This document shows positions 48,828 through 57,759 of a stretch of 64,000 nucleotides of DNA, in pieces (the stretch's first letter is position 1; every line of letters starts with the position of its first letter). The stretch comes from Candidatus Saccharimonadia bacterium. GTDB taxonomy: Bacteria > Patescibacteriota > Saccharimonadia > Saccharimonadales > 2-12-FULL-41-12. Location of the stretch: contig OY970327.1 of the NCBI GenBank assembly GCA_963717365.1, forward strand, positions 1,055,752 to 1,119,751, given 5' to 3'. The translations under genes and the position numbers were made by a program. The notes under the pieces were generated by a model. That model worked only from the letters and a program-made list of their open reading frames with translations. It did no database searches and was not told the origin of the DNA.

Positions 48828-49307
48828 TTAAAGACTAGGACTCTGTGGTGGAGTTGTTTGTTCGTCTGAGTCTTCTTCACTGGTAGTGTTCTCAGTTGCC
48901 GACTCAGCAACAGGAGTCTCCGGAACCACTGGAGTCTCTGAAGCTTCAGTTGACTCAGGCTGACTTACTACAGGCTCTGCCATAAACGGAGGTTCAACTA
49001 CGGAATCGACTGGCGCTCCAGCAATTGTTGGCTGCACAGGCTCCGAGATTACTGGTTCGACAGTAGGAAAAACGGGTTGCTCGGATACAGATGGAGCGGA
49101 TACATCTGGCGTTACTGGACCAACTGCCGTTTGAACAGTCTGTGGCTCTGTGTTAGCTGGTTCTGCCGGTGAAGGTATTGAAACAACAGGATCCACAGGG
49201 GTAACTGGAATTTCATCTACTGGTGGTGTACTTGGGTTAATCGTAGATGCAGCTGCCTGCCCTTCGTCTTTATTACGTTTAAAAAATTTGCTGAAGAGCA
49301 TAATCAA
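48828..49307 (-). CDS. Pro/Val/Thr/Glu-rich low-complexity protein
   Basis: 159-aa ORF dominated by PVxP/EPV-type repeats. Confidence 0.4.
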   Translation of the reverse strand: MIMLFSKFFKRNKDEGQAAASTINPSTPPVDEIPVTPVDPVVSIPSPAEPANTEPQTVQTAVGPVTPDVSAPSVSEQPVFPTVEPVISEPVQPTIAGAPVDSVVEPPFMAEPVVSQPESTEASETPVVPETPVAESATENTTSEEDSDEQTTPPQSPSL

Positions 49308-49440
49308 CTATCCTTTATCTTTACAATGATCTTAGATTAAGCGTAACGGTTTTAGCTAGTCAACGCAAGGACAAGCGATTGACTTTTTATGATAAATAAG
49401 CATAATATAAGAAGTTAATCGCCGAATTTCCCATAGAAAA

Positions 49441-49460
49441 TGGGCCCATAGCTCAGCCGG
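49441..49460 (+). repeat. Duplicated 5' fragment of tRNA-Lys (20 nt)
   Basis: TGGGCCCATAGCTCAGCCGG at 49441-49460 is identical to 49559-49578. The upstream CCGAATTTCCCATAG and CCGGATTTCCTACCATCG are also related. A TTGACT-16-CATAAT promoter lies at 49379-49406. Confidence 0.7.
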
Positions 49461-49559
49461 AGCAGCTTGCTGCAAATTCAATTAATAGCACTATGTGCTC
49501 TAATCGGCTGACGAAGAACGGTTATTACAAATTAACGACCGGATTTCCTACCATCGTGT

Positions 49560-49636
49560 GGGCCCATAGCTCAGCCGGTTAGAGCACCTGCCTTTTAAGC
49601 AGGGTGTCCTGGGTTCGAGTCCCAGTGGGCCCTCCA
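49560..49636 (+). tRNA. tRNA-Lys (anticodon TTT)
   Basis: GGGCCCA-TA-GCTC-AGCCGGTT-AGAGC-A-CCTGC-CTTTTAA-GCAGG-GTGTC-CTGGG-TTCGAGT-CCCAG-TGGGCCC-T-CCA. Confidence 0.9.
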
Positions 49637-51271
49637 AGTTTGCAAAATAGGCACTAAAGCCCTTTCTAACTCCTTAGATTGGGCTTTTTTGTTAGTTACA
49701 ACCCAGAGGTAGCGTTTTTCTAGATCTGAATAGCCGTCAGCAATAGGGGCGAGCCACTCATTTGGTTCAATTAACAGTTTGTTGTCTTTCAGTGTTAGCT
49801 GTTGTCCAAGCGTTAAGAGAATATCTCGCTTAGTTACAACGTCACCATTCTCAAAACGCTTTTGAGCATTTACTGCGAAGTTAAAAGCTCGTTCGTGCAT
49901 TTCGGTATTCTGCTCCGTGCGCTGTTCCGTGTTTCTGAGCTTTTCATCTATCAGTGCTAAGTCTGACTTTTTAGTTTCTTTATGGCGTTTGTATTCATCT
50001 TCATCTATAAGTTTGCTGTGTAAATCGTCCAGAAGCCTATCTATGTCTGATTGAAGCTGGTTCCTTTTGTTTTGTAGCTGTTCATAGATTTTCTTACGGT
50101 CTTTTACCTCTACCTTATGATTTCTCTTAAGAATTTTTAAAGCCAAATCTCTGAACTCTGGAATAATTGTGTACTTTTCTAATTCTGCTAGAATGTCTTT
50201 TTCAATAGTTTCAGCGTGAGTATATTTGGTTTGTGTGCAAGGGCGATCCATGCTTTTACGAGAGCAGTAATAGTACACGTAAGTAGCATACTTGTTTTGG
50301 CTCTTGATGAATTTTGTGTTGTGCCTAACCTGTATTGTGCAGTTACACTCCCCGCACTTTATCATTCCTGCAAACGGATAGTCATACCCACCTAGTCGTT
50401 TGTTACCCTTAGCACCAAGTATGTCCTGCGCCAGCCTATATTCTGATTCTGTAATCATAGGGTCATAGTTACCAGTGTATTTTTCGCCCAAGTGGTAGTA
50501 ATTTCCAATATAGAAATTGCTTTGAAGAATTCTATAAACCATTGCCTTGGTCATCGGCTTGCCGCCCATGGGTGCACCGTCTTTTCTGCGCTTATACATG
50601 GGAGTTTTGTAGTCAGTTTCCTCAACGACCTTGTGCCAGATCTGTGAAGGGTTTAGGCGTTCATATAAAAACCATTTCCACATATTCTTAATGATGTCAT
50701 AGCGTTCAGGATCGTTTACGGTTTCAGTAATAATTTTTTTGTCTCTCATGACTGCATTGCCGAACTCATCAAGTATGGGTGCTTTTTTATAGCCTGGCAT
50801 AACACGTCCTGGCTTTTCGCCAGTACCAGCTTTAGTTTTTAAGCCACGAGATACATCAACACCTTGTTTTGCCGACTGATACTGTCCCTGATTCATGACA
50901 ATCTGCAACATCATGATTCCTTCGGGATTATTATCAAAGTTGTACGAACAGAATTGCAGGTCTTTTAAGTAGCTTCTAAGGGCATAAGTAATTTGTGCAC
51001 TATCTACCTCATTTCTTGAAAGTCTGTTCGGGTGCCATGCAACAATGCCGTCAGCTTCACCGTTCTGCAGCATTTCCATCATTTCGTTAAAAATTGGACG
51101 ACCAGGAGTAAATGCGCTACGGCTTTCTGCGTCCATCCATTTTACAATATTCAAATGTTTAAACTTTTCTTTGATGTTTTCGATTTGGCTTATATGCGAA
51201 AGCTCTTGTTTCTCTTTATCTTCCGATGATTTTCGGACGTAAGCTATGTATCTTAATTTGTTCTTTTTCAT
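49595..51271 (-). CDS. Large serine recombinase (integrase)
   Basis: N-terminal resolvase domain YIAYVRKSSEDKEKQELSHISQ and WHPNRLSRN. Recombinase domain, zinc ribbon CGECNC...YYYCSRK, and a long coiled-coil. The last 14 codons are encoded antisense to the tRNA-Lys 3' half. Confidence 0.85.
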   Translation of the reverse strand: MKKNKLRYIAYVRKSSEDKEKQELSHISQIENIKEKFKHLNIVKWMDAESRSAFTPGRPIFNEMMEMLQNGEADGIVAWHPNRLSRNEVDSAQITYALRSYLKDLQFCSYNFDNNPEGIMMLQIVMNQGQYQSAKQGVDVSRGLKTKAGTGEKPGRVMPGYKKAPILDEFGNAVMRDKKIITETVNDPERYDIIKNMWKWFLYERLNPSQIWHKVVEETDYKTPMYKRRKDGAPMGGKPMTKAMVYRILQSNFYIGNYYHLGEKYTGNYDPMITESEYRLAQDILGAKGNKRLGGYDYPFAGMIKCGECNCTIQVRHNTKFIKSQNKYATYVYYYCSRKSMDRPCTQTKYTHAETIEKDILAELEKYTIIPEFRDLALKILKRNHKVEVKDRKKIYEQLQNKRNQLQSDIDRLLDDLHSKLIDEDEYKRHKETKKSDLALIDEKLRNTEQRTEQNTEMHERAFNFAVNAQKRFENGDVVTKRDILLTLGQQLTLKDNKLLIEPNEWLAPIADGYSDLEKRYLWVVTNKKAQSKELERALVPILQTWRAHWDSNPGHPA

Positions 51272-51328
51272 TGAGTTCCTACTGCTTAATTATATGATTC
51301 CTCTCGGGTATAGGTCTATGCATGAAAA

Positions 51329-51763
51329 TTAAAATGGAATTATACTGTGCTCTGGTTCTTCGTCTGAATCTTCTACTTGAAATTCACCTTCTTCAGCAAA
51401 TGTATACCGATACCACAATGTATTCTTAAAGTCTTCACGATCAATCATGTCTACTGGTATTACTTTTATCCCATATTTTTCAAAACCAACTATAAGATAA
51501 AGTGCCTGTGCATAGTCTCGTGAAATTACATCCTGATCGGTAACCAGCATAGTTTTTACATTTTCGTTTATGCAATAGTCAAAAATATTCACAAGGTGGC
51601 TATATCCATTGCCAGTATGCTCAAAGTCTTTTACGACTGTTATGCCATGCTCTTTAGCGTATCTTTCAATCTTTAATGCCTGATTTTCCAGATCAACCGA
51701 CCTCTTTCCTCTAGTACTTTTTGCTGTCCGTAGATAGGCTACAGCCTTCAAATTGTTATTCAT
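51329..51763 (-). CDS. Resolvase N-terminal-domain-like protein without an HTH, with Ala at the expected catalytic Ser position
   Basis: AVAYLRTAKSTRG...LENQALKIERYAKEHGITVVKDF...MLVTDQDVISRD follows the Y-x-R-x-S...Q...DRxSR layout of serine recombinases but reads R-T-A. Confidence 0.45.
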   Translation of the reverse strand: MNNNLKAVAYLRTAKSTRGKRSVDLENQALKIERYAKEHGITVVKDFEHTGNGYSHLVNIFDYCINENVKTMLVTDQDVISRDYAQALYLIVGFEKYGIKVIPVDMIDREDFKNTLWYRYTFAEEGEFQVEDSDEEPEHSIIPF

Positions 51764-51860
51764 GTTATCCTTTTATATTTATCTAAATTAGTAAGTATCT
51801 AAGTATTAAGAATCTTAGTAATAAGGATCTAAAAGTTTATATAAAACTAATTAGTCGCAA

Positions 51861-52136
51861 TTACAGACTCTCCTCAACGGCTTCAATAGCTGCCATTTCT
51901 ATTACTTGCCATAGTGGGCTTTTCCTTGAAAGCTCAAATGGTGTTTTCCATTCTTCGTGTATATTGAGTATCTTCGGCTGGTAAACCCTGAACTTTCCAA
52001 CATCAGCGTGTAATGTAATGACTCTGATACTGTTCACATGCAAGCCTACATAGGGAAAAAATACTTTTACGTAATGTGTACCGTTTACATTGGTGCTAGT
52101 AACTTCCGCTCGGTAGTCGCTAAAGTCTATAAGCAT
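51861..52136 (-). CDS. Hypothetical protein (91 aa), faint SpoVG-like pattern
   Basis: ORF in the leftward operon. Family resemblance is weak. Confidence 0.35.
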   Translation of the reverse strand: MLIDFSDYRAEVTSTNVNGTHYVKVFFPYVGLHVNSIRVITLHADVGKFRVYQPKILNIHEEWKTPFELSRKSPLWQVIEMAAIEAVEESL

Positions 52137-52378
52137 TTCTCCACCTCGTTAATCTCGTGCCAAAGCAAGTGCAGTTTGCTAGCCCAATCATCTTCATGGG
52201 AACACTTACCGCAGTAAGCTCTGTCTAGTTGAGCTTCTCTGAGTTCATCGTTAATACGCTTAGATCTACGCTGATTTGTTACAAATCGCTTTCTCAGCCA
52301 CGTTGGCACAGAATGCCCGTACTGCTTAAACAGCCATTTGGTTTCATTGTGCGTCACGCTGTCCATTTCAATTATCAT
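52127..52378 (-). CDS. Hypothetical protein (83 aa)
   Basis: ORF in the leftward operon that overlaps the next gene by 10 nt. Confidence 0.4.
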   Translation of the reverse strand: MIIEMDSVTHNETKWLFKQYGHSVPTWLRKRFVTNQRRSKRINDELREAQLDRAYCGKCSHEDDWASKLHLLWHEINEVEKCL

Positions 52379-52455
52379 TTTTGATCCGAACTTTAAGGAA
52401 TGAAGCTCTTTCCGAAATCACTGTTCGGGCAGCAACTTGATATTGCATATCTTTT

Positions 52456-52659
52456 TTATTTTTCTGTGCTTTTTTGTTTGGACTTGCTTGATGTAACTTT
52501 TCCATAAAGCTCCTCTTTTATTGTTGGCGGTTTGTAAGTTAATTCAACTTGCCGTACGAGCAAAGACAATTTCAACCTTGCTGTATCGTTGTCCAGCTTT
52601 ACGCCGAACATGTCGCTATACAGCTTCTTGATTTCTTTGATGTCGCTCTGATTTAACAT
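52456..52659 (-). CDS. Hypothetical protein (67 aa)
   Basis: ORF only. Confidence 0.35.
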   Translation of the reverse strand: MLNQSDIKEIKKLYSDMFGVKLDNDTARLKLSLLVRQVELTYKPPTIKEELYGKVTSSKSKQKSTEK

Positions 52660-52850
52660 TCATTGCTTCCTTGTTTATAAGAAAGAAAGGGTGTCCAACG
52701 ATGCAAAGACTTACTACACAAGTCTTTTAGGGTACGCACGTCAGACACCCCTAACGGTAATAGTAATGTGCCAGAAGCAGCAGCGTGTTCACTAACGAAA
52801 GGAGTAGCCTTTTTATTTTTGTTGGTTGCTGTTGCTTCTGTCATCATCAC
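52653..52850 (-). CDS. Hypothetical protein (65 aa), doubtful
   Basis: ORF only, with odd composition. Confidence 0.2.
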   Translation of the reverse strand: MMMTEATATNKNKKATPFVSEHAAASGTLLLPLGVSDVRTLKDLCSKSLHRWTPFLSYKQGSNEC

Positions 52851-52916
52851 ACTCTAATTTTAGTGCAATGCAACATTTTGCACCTGATGACAAGTTCTGC
52901 AACTTTTTGTCCCCAC

Positions 52917-53651
52917 CTACATAGGTTTTTTGTAACGAGCTACAATCTTTTTCACTTTGTCCCGTGCGTAATCGGTATTATCATCTAGGTCTTTGCCGTA
53001 TTCGTATGGGAAGTATTTTTTGGCTAAGTCGCCATAGGTCATACCCTTTTGCCTATCAAGGTAAATCTTGTTTTTAAGTATATCGGCATATATTGGCGCA
53101 GTGCTGGGCTTATTCAAAAACCACTTTAGTTTGTTCCATGCCTTCCTGTAATCCTCTGCGCTTAGACCTCTATCCAGCCGAAGCACTATGGAGTTTCTGT
53201 CTTCACTTACACCAACTGCTTCTATTTTAAATGTGTGAACTGGCTTTATGGTTTTGGGTTCTTTGCCTAAAGCTATAAATGCTTCTGTAAATGCGTACCA
53301 GCCATAATGTAGATTTGCTTCCTCGTTTGCCTTAGTGACAATTTCATAAATCTTGTGGTCGTATTCACGGTATTTAGCTTCTGATATTGTTCTAAACCCA
53401 ATCTTTTGACCTGCTAACTTACCCATAAGCCAAAGGCTTATCTTGCCTTCATCTTCTGTATCAGAATAGAAATCGGTAAGCCCTAACTCTTTACGGGCAC
53501 TCTTTATCGCATTGAGGAAAGACTTCTCTTTAACAACGTGCTTAGTATCTGTGTGTTGTATCTGTTTGTCAGAGTCTAAAACGCTACTTAACATTAAGTT
53601 CATGCGTCTAACGTCAGGGTCATAATCTTTTTTACTGCTCGTCTTTACCAT
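52917..53651 (-). CDS. Hypothetical protein (244 aa), element-encoded
   Basis: ORF only. No family recognised. Confidence 0.5.
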   Translation of the reverse strand: MVKTSSKKDYDPDVRRMNLMLSSVLDSDKQIQHTDTKHVVKEKSFLNAIKSARKELGLTDFYSDTEDEGKISLWLMGKLAGQKIGFRTISEAKYREYDHKIYEIVTKANEEANLHYGWYAFTEAFIALGKEPKTIKPVHTFKIEAVGVSEDRNSIVLRLDRGLSAEDYRKAWNKLKWFLNKPSTAPIYADILKNKIYLDRQKGMTYGDLAKKYFPYEYGKDLDDNTDYARDKVKKIVARYKKPM

Positions 53652-53728
53652 AGATATGTCTATTGTAGAGCCGTTGCACTAAAAAGCGCCAATCCTCTAT
53701 GTTATTTCACTGTTATTAACGGTTTTTG

Positions 53729-53899
53729 TTATAAACTTTTTTGCTGCTTCTGGGAGTGATCTGCGTCTGTACTTGCTGCTGCATGTAAGTTTCTAATCAT
53801 CATCTTGACCGAGTGTTCAGTTGGCGGTTTAGTGCCAGACCAGTCAATGGGCGGTCTTTTCTTTAACTCTTGCCGTACTCTTTTGCGTAATTCTTCCAC
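53729..53899 (-). CDS. Candidate 56-aa basic protein at the head of the leftward operon
   Basis: GTG start at 53897-53899 reading VEELRKRVRQELKKRPPIDWSGTKPP... It is below the ORF-track cutoff and is speculative. Confidence 0.2.
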   Translation of the reverse strand: MEELRKRVRQELKKRPPIDWSGTKPPTEHSVKMMIRNLHAAASTDADHSQKQQKSL

Positions 53900-54071
53900 A
53901 CTTATAGTTTATGACGGGTCACATATGGCTGTATAGGGCTAGTACAGGCTATGTAAGCTGTTGCAAGTTTGTTTGCCTACATTATCATTAGATAACAGAG
54001 ATTGTAAGGTGTATTATGAGATAAACGTTTTGGCGTGTTTTTATTACAGAAATATATGAATATGAGAAAAA

Positions 54072-55757
54072 ATGACTAATCCTAAAAACCAAGCTGCACT
54101 TATATGGAATATTGCAGATATTTTACGTGGTGGTTGGAAGCAGCACGAATATCAAGATGTGATCTTACCTCTAGTTGTATTAAAGCGCCTTGACTCAGTT
54201 TTAGCAGACAGTAAGCGCAAAGTACTCCAGACCAGTAATCAAATGGCGGGCACTATTTCTGACGAGTCGCTTGCCAAGTTTTTAGAAAAAGAGTCGGGTT
54301 ATAAGTTCTATAACACTAGTCCTTACGACTTCCAGAAGCTTTTAGAGGATAGCGAGGGTATTTACGCTAATTTTGTTAATTATATAGACGGCTTCAGCCC
54401 CAATGTACGTGATATTATCGAGAAATTTGATTTCCAAAAGCAGCTTAATAAGCTAAAAGGTGGCAAGATACTTCACCTTGTAATTAAGGAGCTCGACAAA
54501 GTAGACCTTAGCCCCAAGCACGTTTCTAATCATGACATGGGATATATATTCGAGGAGCTAATTAGGAAGTTTAACGAGCAGTCTAACGAAACAGCAGGTG
54601 AACACTACACGCCTCGCGAGGTAATTGCACTCATGGTAAGGCTATTACTTGAACCAGATAAATCACACATTACTGGCGAGCAGAAGATTATCGAAATATA
54701 TGATCCGTGCTGTGGCACAGGCGGTATGTTAACAATTGGAAAAGACTACATACTTGAGCATATTAATCCTAACGCTCAGGTTTATCTTTATGGGCAGGAA
54801 CTTAACTCGCAAACTTACGCCATAGCAAAATCAGACTTACTTATTAAAGGTGAAGATGCAGACCGAATAAAAGGCGGAAGCGGCGAACATAGTGAAGACA
54901 GCACTCTAAGCAACGATCAATTTTATGAAAAGAATTTTGACTATGTTATAGCTAATCCACCTTACGGGGTAGATTGGAAAAAGGATAAGGACGCGGTTGA
55001 AGCAGAAGCTGCACGCGGCGACGCAGGACGTTTCCCAGCAGGCACACCTGCCGTAAGTGACGCTCAGTTACTGTTCCTGCAACACATGGTTAGTAAAATG
55101 CGCACCGTGCACGAGGGCGGTGGACGTGTTGCCGTTGTACATAATGGATCCCCATTGTTTACTGGCGCCGCAGGCAGTGGCCCAAGTAATATTAGAAAGT
55201 ATTTGCTAGAGAACGACTTACTCGAAGCCATTATCGCACTACCGACCAACATGTTCTACAACACCGGCATCGCCACTTATATATGGGTGCTAACCAACCG
55301 CAAGCACGAAGCTCGTAAGGGCAAAGTCCAGCTTGTAGATGCCAGCAATATCTTTCACAAACTTCGCAAAAACCTGGGTGACAAAAACAAAGAAATGACA
55401 GTTGAAGACATAAACGAAGTCTACGATCTGTACGAAAAGTTCAACCAAACCAAGCGCAGCAAGATTTTTAATACTTCCGACTTTGGATACACACAGGTAA
55501 CGGTGTTGAACGACAAAGAAAAAGACACTGAAAACGTACCCCTTGACGAAGATATTGAAGAATACTTCAAGCGCGAAGTACTGCCACACCTGCCAAATGC
55601 CAAACTTGACCGCAAAAAAGACAAAATTGGTTATGAAATACCATTCAACCGTTACTTTTACGAATACAAACCACCGCGCGATCTAGACGAAATAGATGAC
55701 GATCTACAAGCTGTGACTAAAGACATTTTGAAGCTACTTAACGAGGTGACAGACTGA
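54072..55757 (+). CDS. hsdM: Type I restriction-modification system, DNA methyltransferase subunit
   Basis: N-terminal HsdM domain (LIWNIADILRG), SAM motif DPCCGTGGML, and catalytic IANPPYG. Confidence 0.95.
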   Translation: MTNPKNQAALIWNIADILRGGWKQHEYQDVILPLVVLKRLDSVLADSKRKVLQTSNQMAGTISDESLAKFLEKESGYKFYNTSPYDFQKLLEDSEGIYANFVNYIDGFSPNVRDIIEKFDFQKQLNKLKGGKILHLVIKELDKVDLSPKHVSNHDMGYIFEELIRKFNEQSNETAGEHYTPREVIALMVRLLLEPDKSHITGEQKIIEIYDPCCGTGGMLTIGKDYILEHINPNAQVYLYGQELNSQTYAIAKSDLLIKGEDADRIKGGSGEHSEDSTLSNDQFYEKNFDYVIANPPYGVDWKKDKDAVEAEAARGDAGRFPAGTPAVSDAQLLFLQHMVSKMRTVHEGGGRVAVVHNGSPLFTGAAGSGPSNIRKYLLENDLLEAIIALPTNMFYNTGIATYIWVLTNRKHEARKGKVQLVDASNIFHKLRKNLGDKNKEMTVEDINEVYDLYEKFNQTKRSKIFNTSDFGYTQVTVLNDKEKDTENVPLDEDIEEYFKREVLPHLPNAKLDRKKDKIGYEIPFNRYFYEYKPPRDLDEIDDDLQAVTKDILKLLNEVTD

Positions 55758-57037
55758 TGCAGACTTACCAGAGCCTGAAAGATTCTGGAGTTGCATGGCT
55801 GGGTGATATTCCTTTTGAATGGAAACAGAAGCAAGCTAGATACATCTTTAAACAAGTTAAGGATTCAGTTGGTGAGGATCCGAGCAGGTTCGAGCTGTTA
55901 TCACTTACTTTGCGAGGCATCATTCCGAGAAGTCAGGTAGATGGTGGTAAAAATCCAGAGAACTACAATACATATCAGATAGTTCACGACAATGATTTGG
56001 TCATGTGTTTATTCGACTATGATGTAACACCTAGGACTGTGGGACGTGCCACTATGACTGGAATGGTTACCGGAGCATATACAAACCTTAGACCACGCAA
56101 AAACATCTCAACACGCTACTACAACTACTTTTTCCTAGCACTAGATACAACAAAAGAGCTACTGCACTTATGTACTGGCTTACGCAATGGGATTTCGAAA
56201 CCAACATTCTTTAGTCTTATCTTGCCGGTCCCAAGTTATGAAACTCAAGAGCGTATTGCGGATTATCTTGATGGGGAAACCGCAAAAATAGATGAGTTGA
56301 TAACTAAACAAGAGCGGCTACTCGAACTTCTAGAAGAAAAACGTCGCGCCACAATTACACACGCAATTTCTCTAGGCATTAATTCGAGAGCAAAACAAAA
56401 AGATACGAATATTTCTTGGATTGGCAAAATCCCTGAGCATTGGGAGGTAAAAAGAGTTAAGGATATCTCTAATGTTGTGCTAGGAAAGATGGTACAAAGT
56501 GAACAAAAAAGACTAGATGAAGTGCAAAAACCTTACCTAAAATCTAGAAATATACAGTGGGATGGTATTGACCTCTCAAATGTAGACGAAATGTGGTTTA
56601 AGCCAAATGAGCTCCAGTCCTATGCGCTTAAAGATCGGGATATTGTTGTATCTGAAGGTGGTGAGGTTGGGAAATGCGTAATGTGGTCTCAGCAATTTGG
56701 TGAAATGTATTTCCAAAACTCAGTTAATCGAGTGCGCGTGACTTCAGGCGTAAACCCAAAATTTGTTTACTATTCTTTCCAGCATCTAGCCTTAAACCAA
56801 GTCTTCTCTAACACAGTTAATAAAGTGAGTATTGCGCATTTAACGAAAGATAAAATTGTAACTTATAAAATAGCTATGCCTCCCCAACATGAGCAAGATC
56901 AGATAGCTAAATTTCTAGACGACGAGAATGTAAAATTTCTAGAACTAAGAAAAAAAATTAATAAGCAAATATCACTGCTCAAAGTACGTCGCGCTTCCCT
57001 CATATCCCACGCCGTAACTGGGAAGATAAAAGTATGA
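55757..57037 (+). CDS. hsdS: Type I restriction-modification system, specificity subunit
   Basis: Two target-recognition domains separated by conserved helices (ETQERIADYLDGETAKIDELI and EQDQIAKFLDDENVKFLEL). The start overlaps the hsdM stop (TGATG). Confidence 0.9.
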   Translation: MQTYQSLKDSGVAWLGDIPFEWKQKQARYIFKQVKDSVGEDPSRFELLSLTLRGIIPRSQVDGGKNPENYNTYQIVHDNDLVMCLFDYDVTPRTVGRATMTGMVTGAYTNLRPRKNISTRYYNYFFLALDTTKELLHLCTGLRNGISKPTFFSLILPVPSYETQERIADYLDGETAKIDELITKQERLLELLEEKRRATITHAISLGINSRAKQKDTNISWIGKIPEHWEVKRVKDISNVVLGKMVQSEQKRLDEVQKPYLKSRNIQWDGIDLSNVDEMWFKPNELQSYALKDRDIVVSEGGEVGKCVMWSQQFGEMYFQNSVNRVRVTSGVNPKFVYYSFQHLALNQVFSNTVNKVSIAHLTKDKIVTYKIAMPPQHEQDQIAKFLDDENVKFLELRKKINKQISLLKVRRASLISHAVTGKIKV

Positions 57038-57759
57038 TAGACCAATATGAAGTGGCTAAACGGGTTGTTGGCGCCGGATTTGGCAAAGGTTCTATAGGTA
57101 TTTATAAGTCCGAGGTCGTAAAGATAATTCAAGAGCGCGTTGGCGGCTTGTGCGCAGATCACAGAACCTTTGTGTATGTACGAGCGAACAGGCTGCACAC
57201 AGGTCAAGAGCTGGGTGGGGGCAATATAACATCAGCCCTAGCTGCTTTCAGCGCGCTAAGCTTGCTAACAAAAATCTGTTACTTCATAGACAAGCCACAA
57301 AGGTTCACGCCACATGATTCCGTATACTTCACCGTGAACGAGACCGATGCATTTAGGCACTTTGTAAAACGACTCTCAGAAAACGGTATAGAACTAGGCA
57401 TAGATAAGGATGACTCAGACGGGCAGAAATTAATTTGGAATGGCTTTAGGGACTATCTAGCTCACCTCGGGACAGTTGAACATGGTAAGCAAGTAGTATC
57501 ATTTGAGTTTAAGCAACCCAGGCGTGGTCAGTCCGCACCTACATTGGACGCTAGAATTGAGAAAATGTCTGAGTGGCAAGTGTTTGAACACGACGGTGGA
57601 AATCGCAATTGGCGTGTATACATTGATGTGCTATTTGCAAAGCTAGAGAAAATTATTCTGCCATTTGTAGTTACGAAAGTTATTGAATATGCAGTTGCTG
57701 AAGATGAAGCAGCAAGAAATCTATACAAGTTAGTGTCTGGGGAGAAAGACTTATTATGA
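57034..57759 (+). CDS. Unknown 241-aa protein embedded between hsdS and hsdR, with an RxxxxH (HEPN-like) motif
   Basis: ATGA overlaps at both ends show translational coupling. NGFRDYLAHLG (R139-H144, nt 57448-57465) fits the HEPN Rx4-6H pattern. No other family recognised. Confidence 0.6.
   Translation: MIDQYEVAKRVVGAGFGKGSIGIYKSEVVKIIQERVGGLCADHRTFVYVRANRLHTGQELGGGNITSALAAFSALSLLTKICYFIDKPQRFTPHDSVYFTVNETDAFRHFVKRLSENGIELGIDKDDSDGQKLIWNGFRDYLAHLGTVEHGKQVVSFEFKQPRRGQSAPTLDARIEKMSEWQVFEHDGGNRNWRVYIDVLFAKLEKIILPFVVTKVIEYAVAEDEAARNLYKLVSGEKDLL

Noticed and set aside
57070-57093. GAGFGKGS in the 241-aa R-M-embedded protein as a possible Walker A/P-loop, which would make it PrrC-like.
   Set aside because: It does not fit GxxxxGK[ST]: there are only three residues between the glycines, and Gly follows the Lys. 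There is no Walker B or ABC signature downstream.
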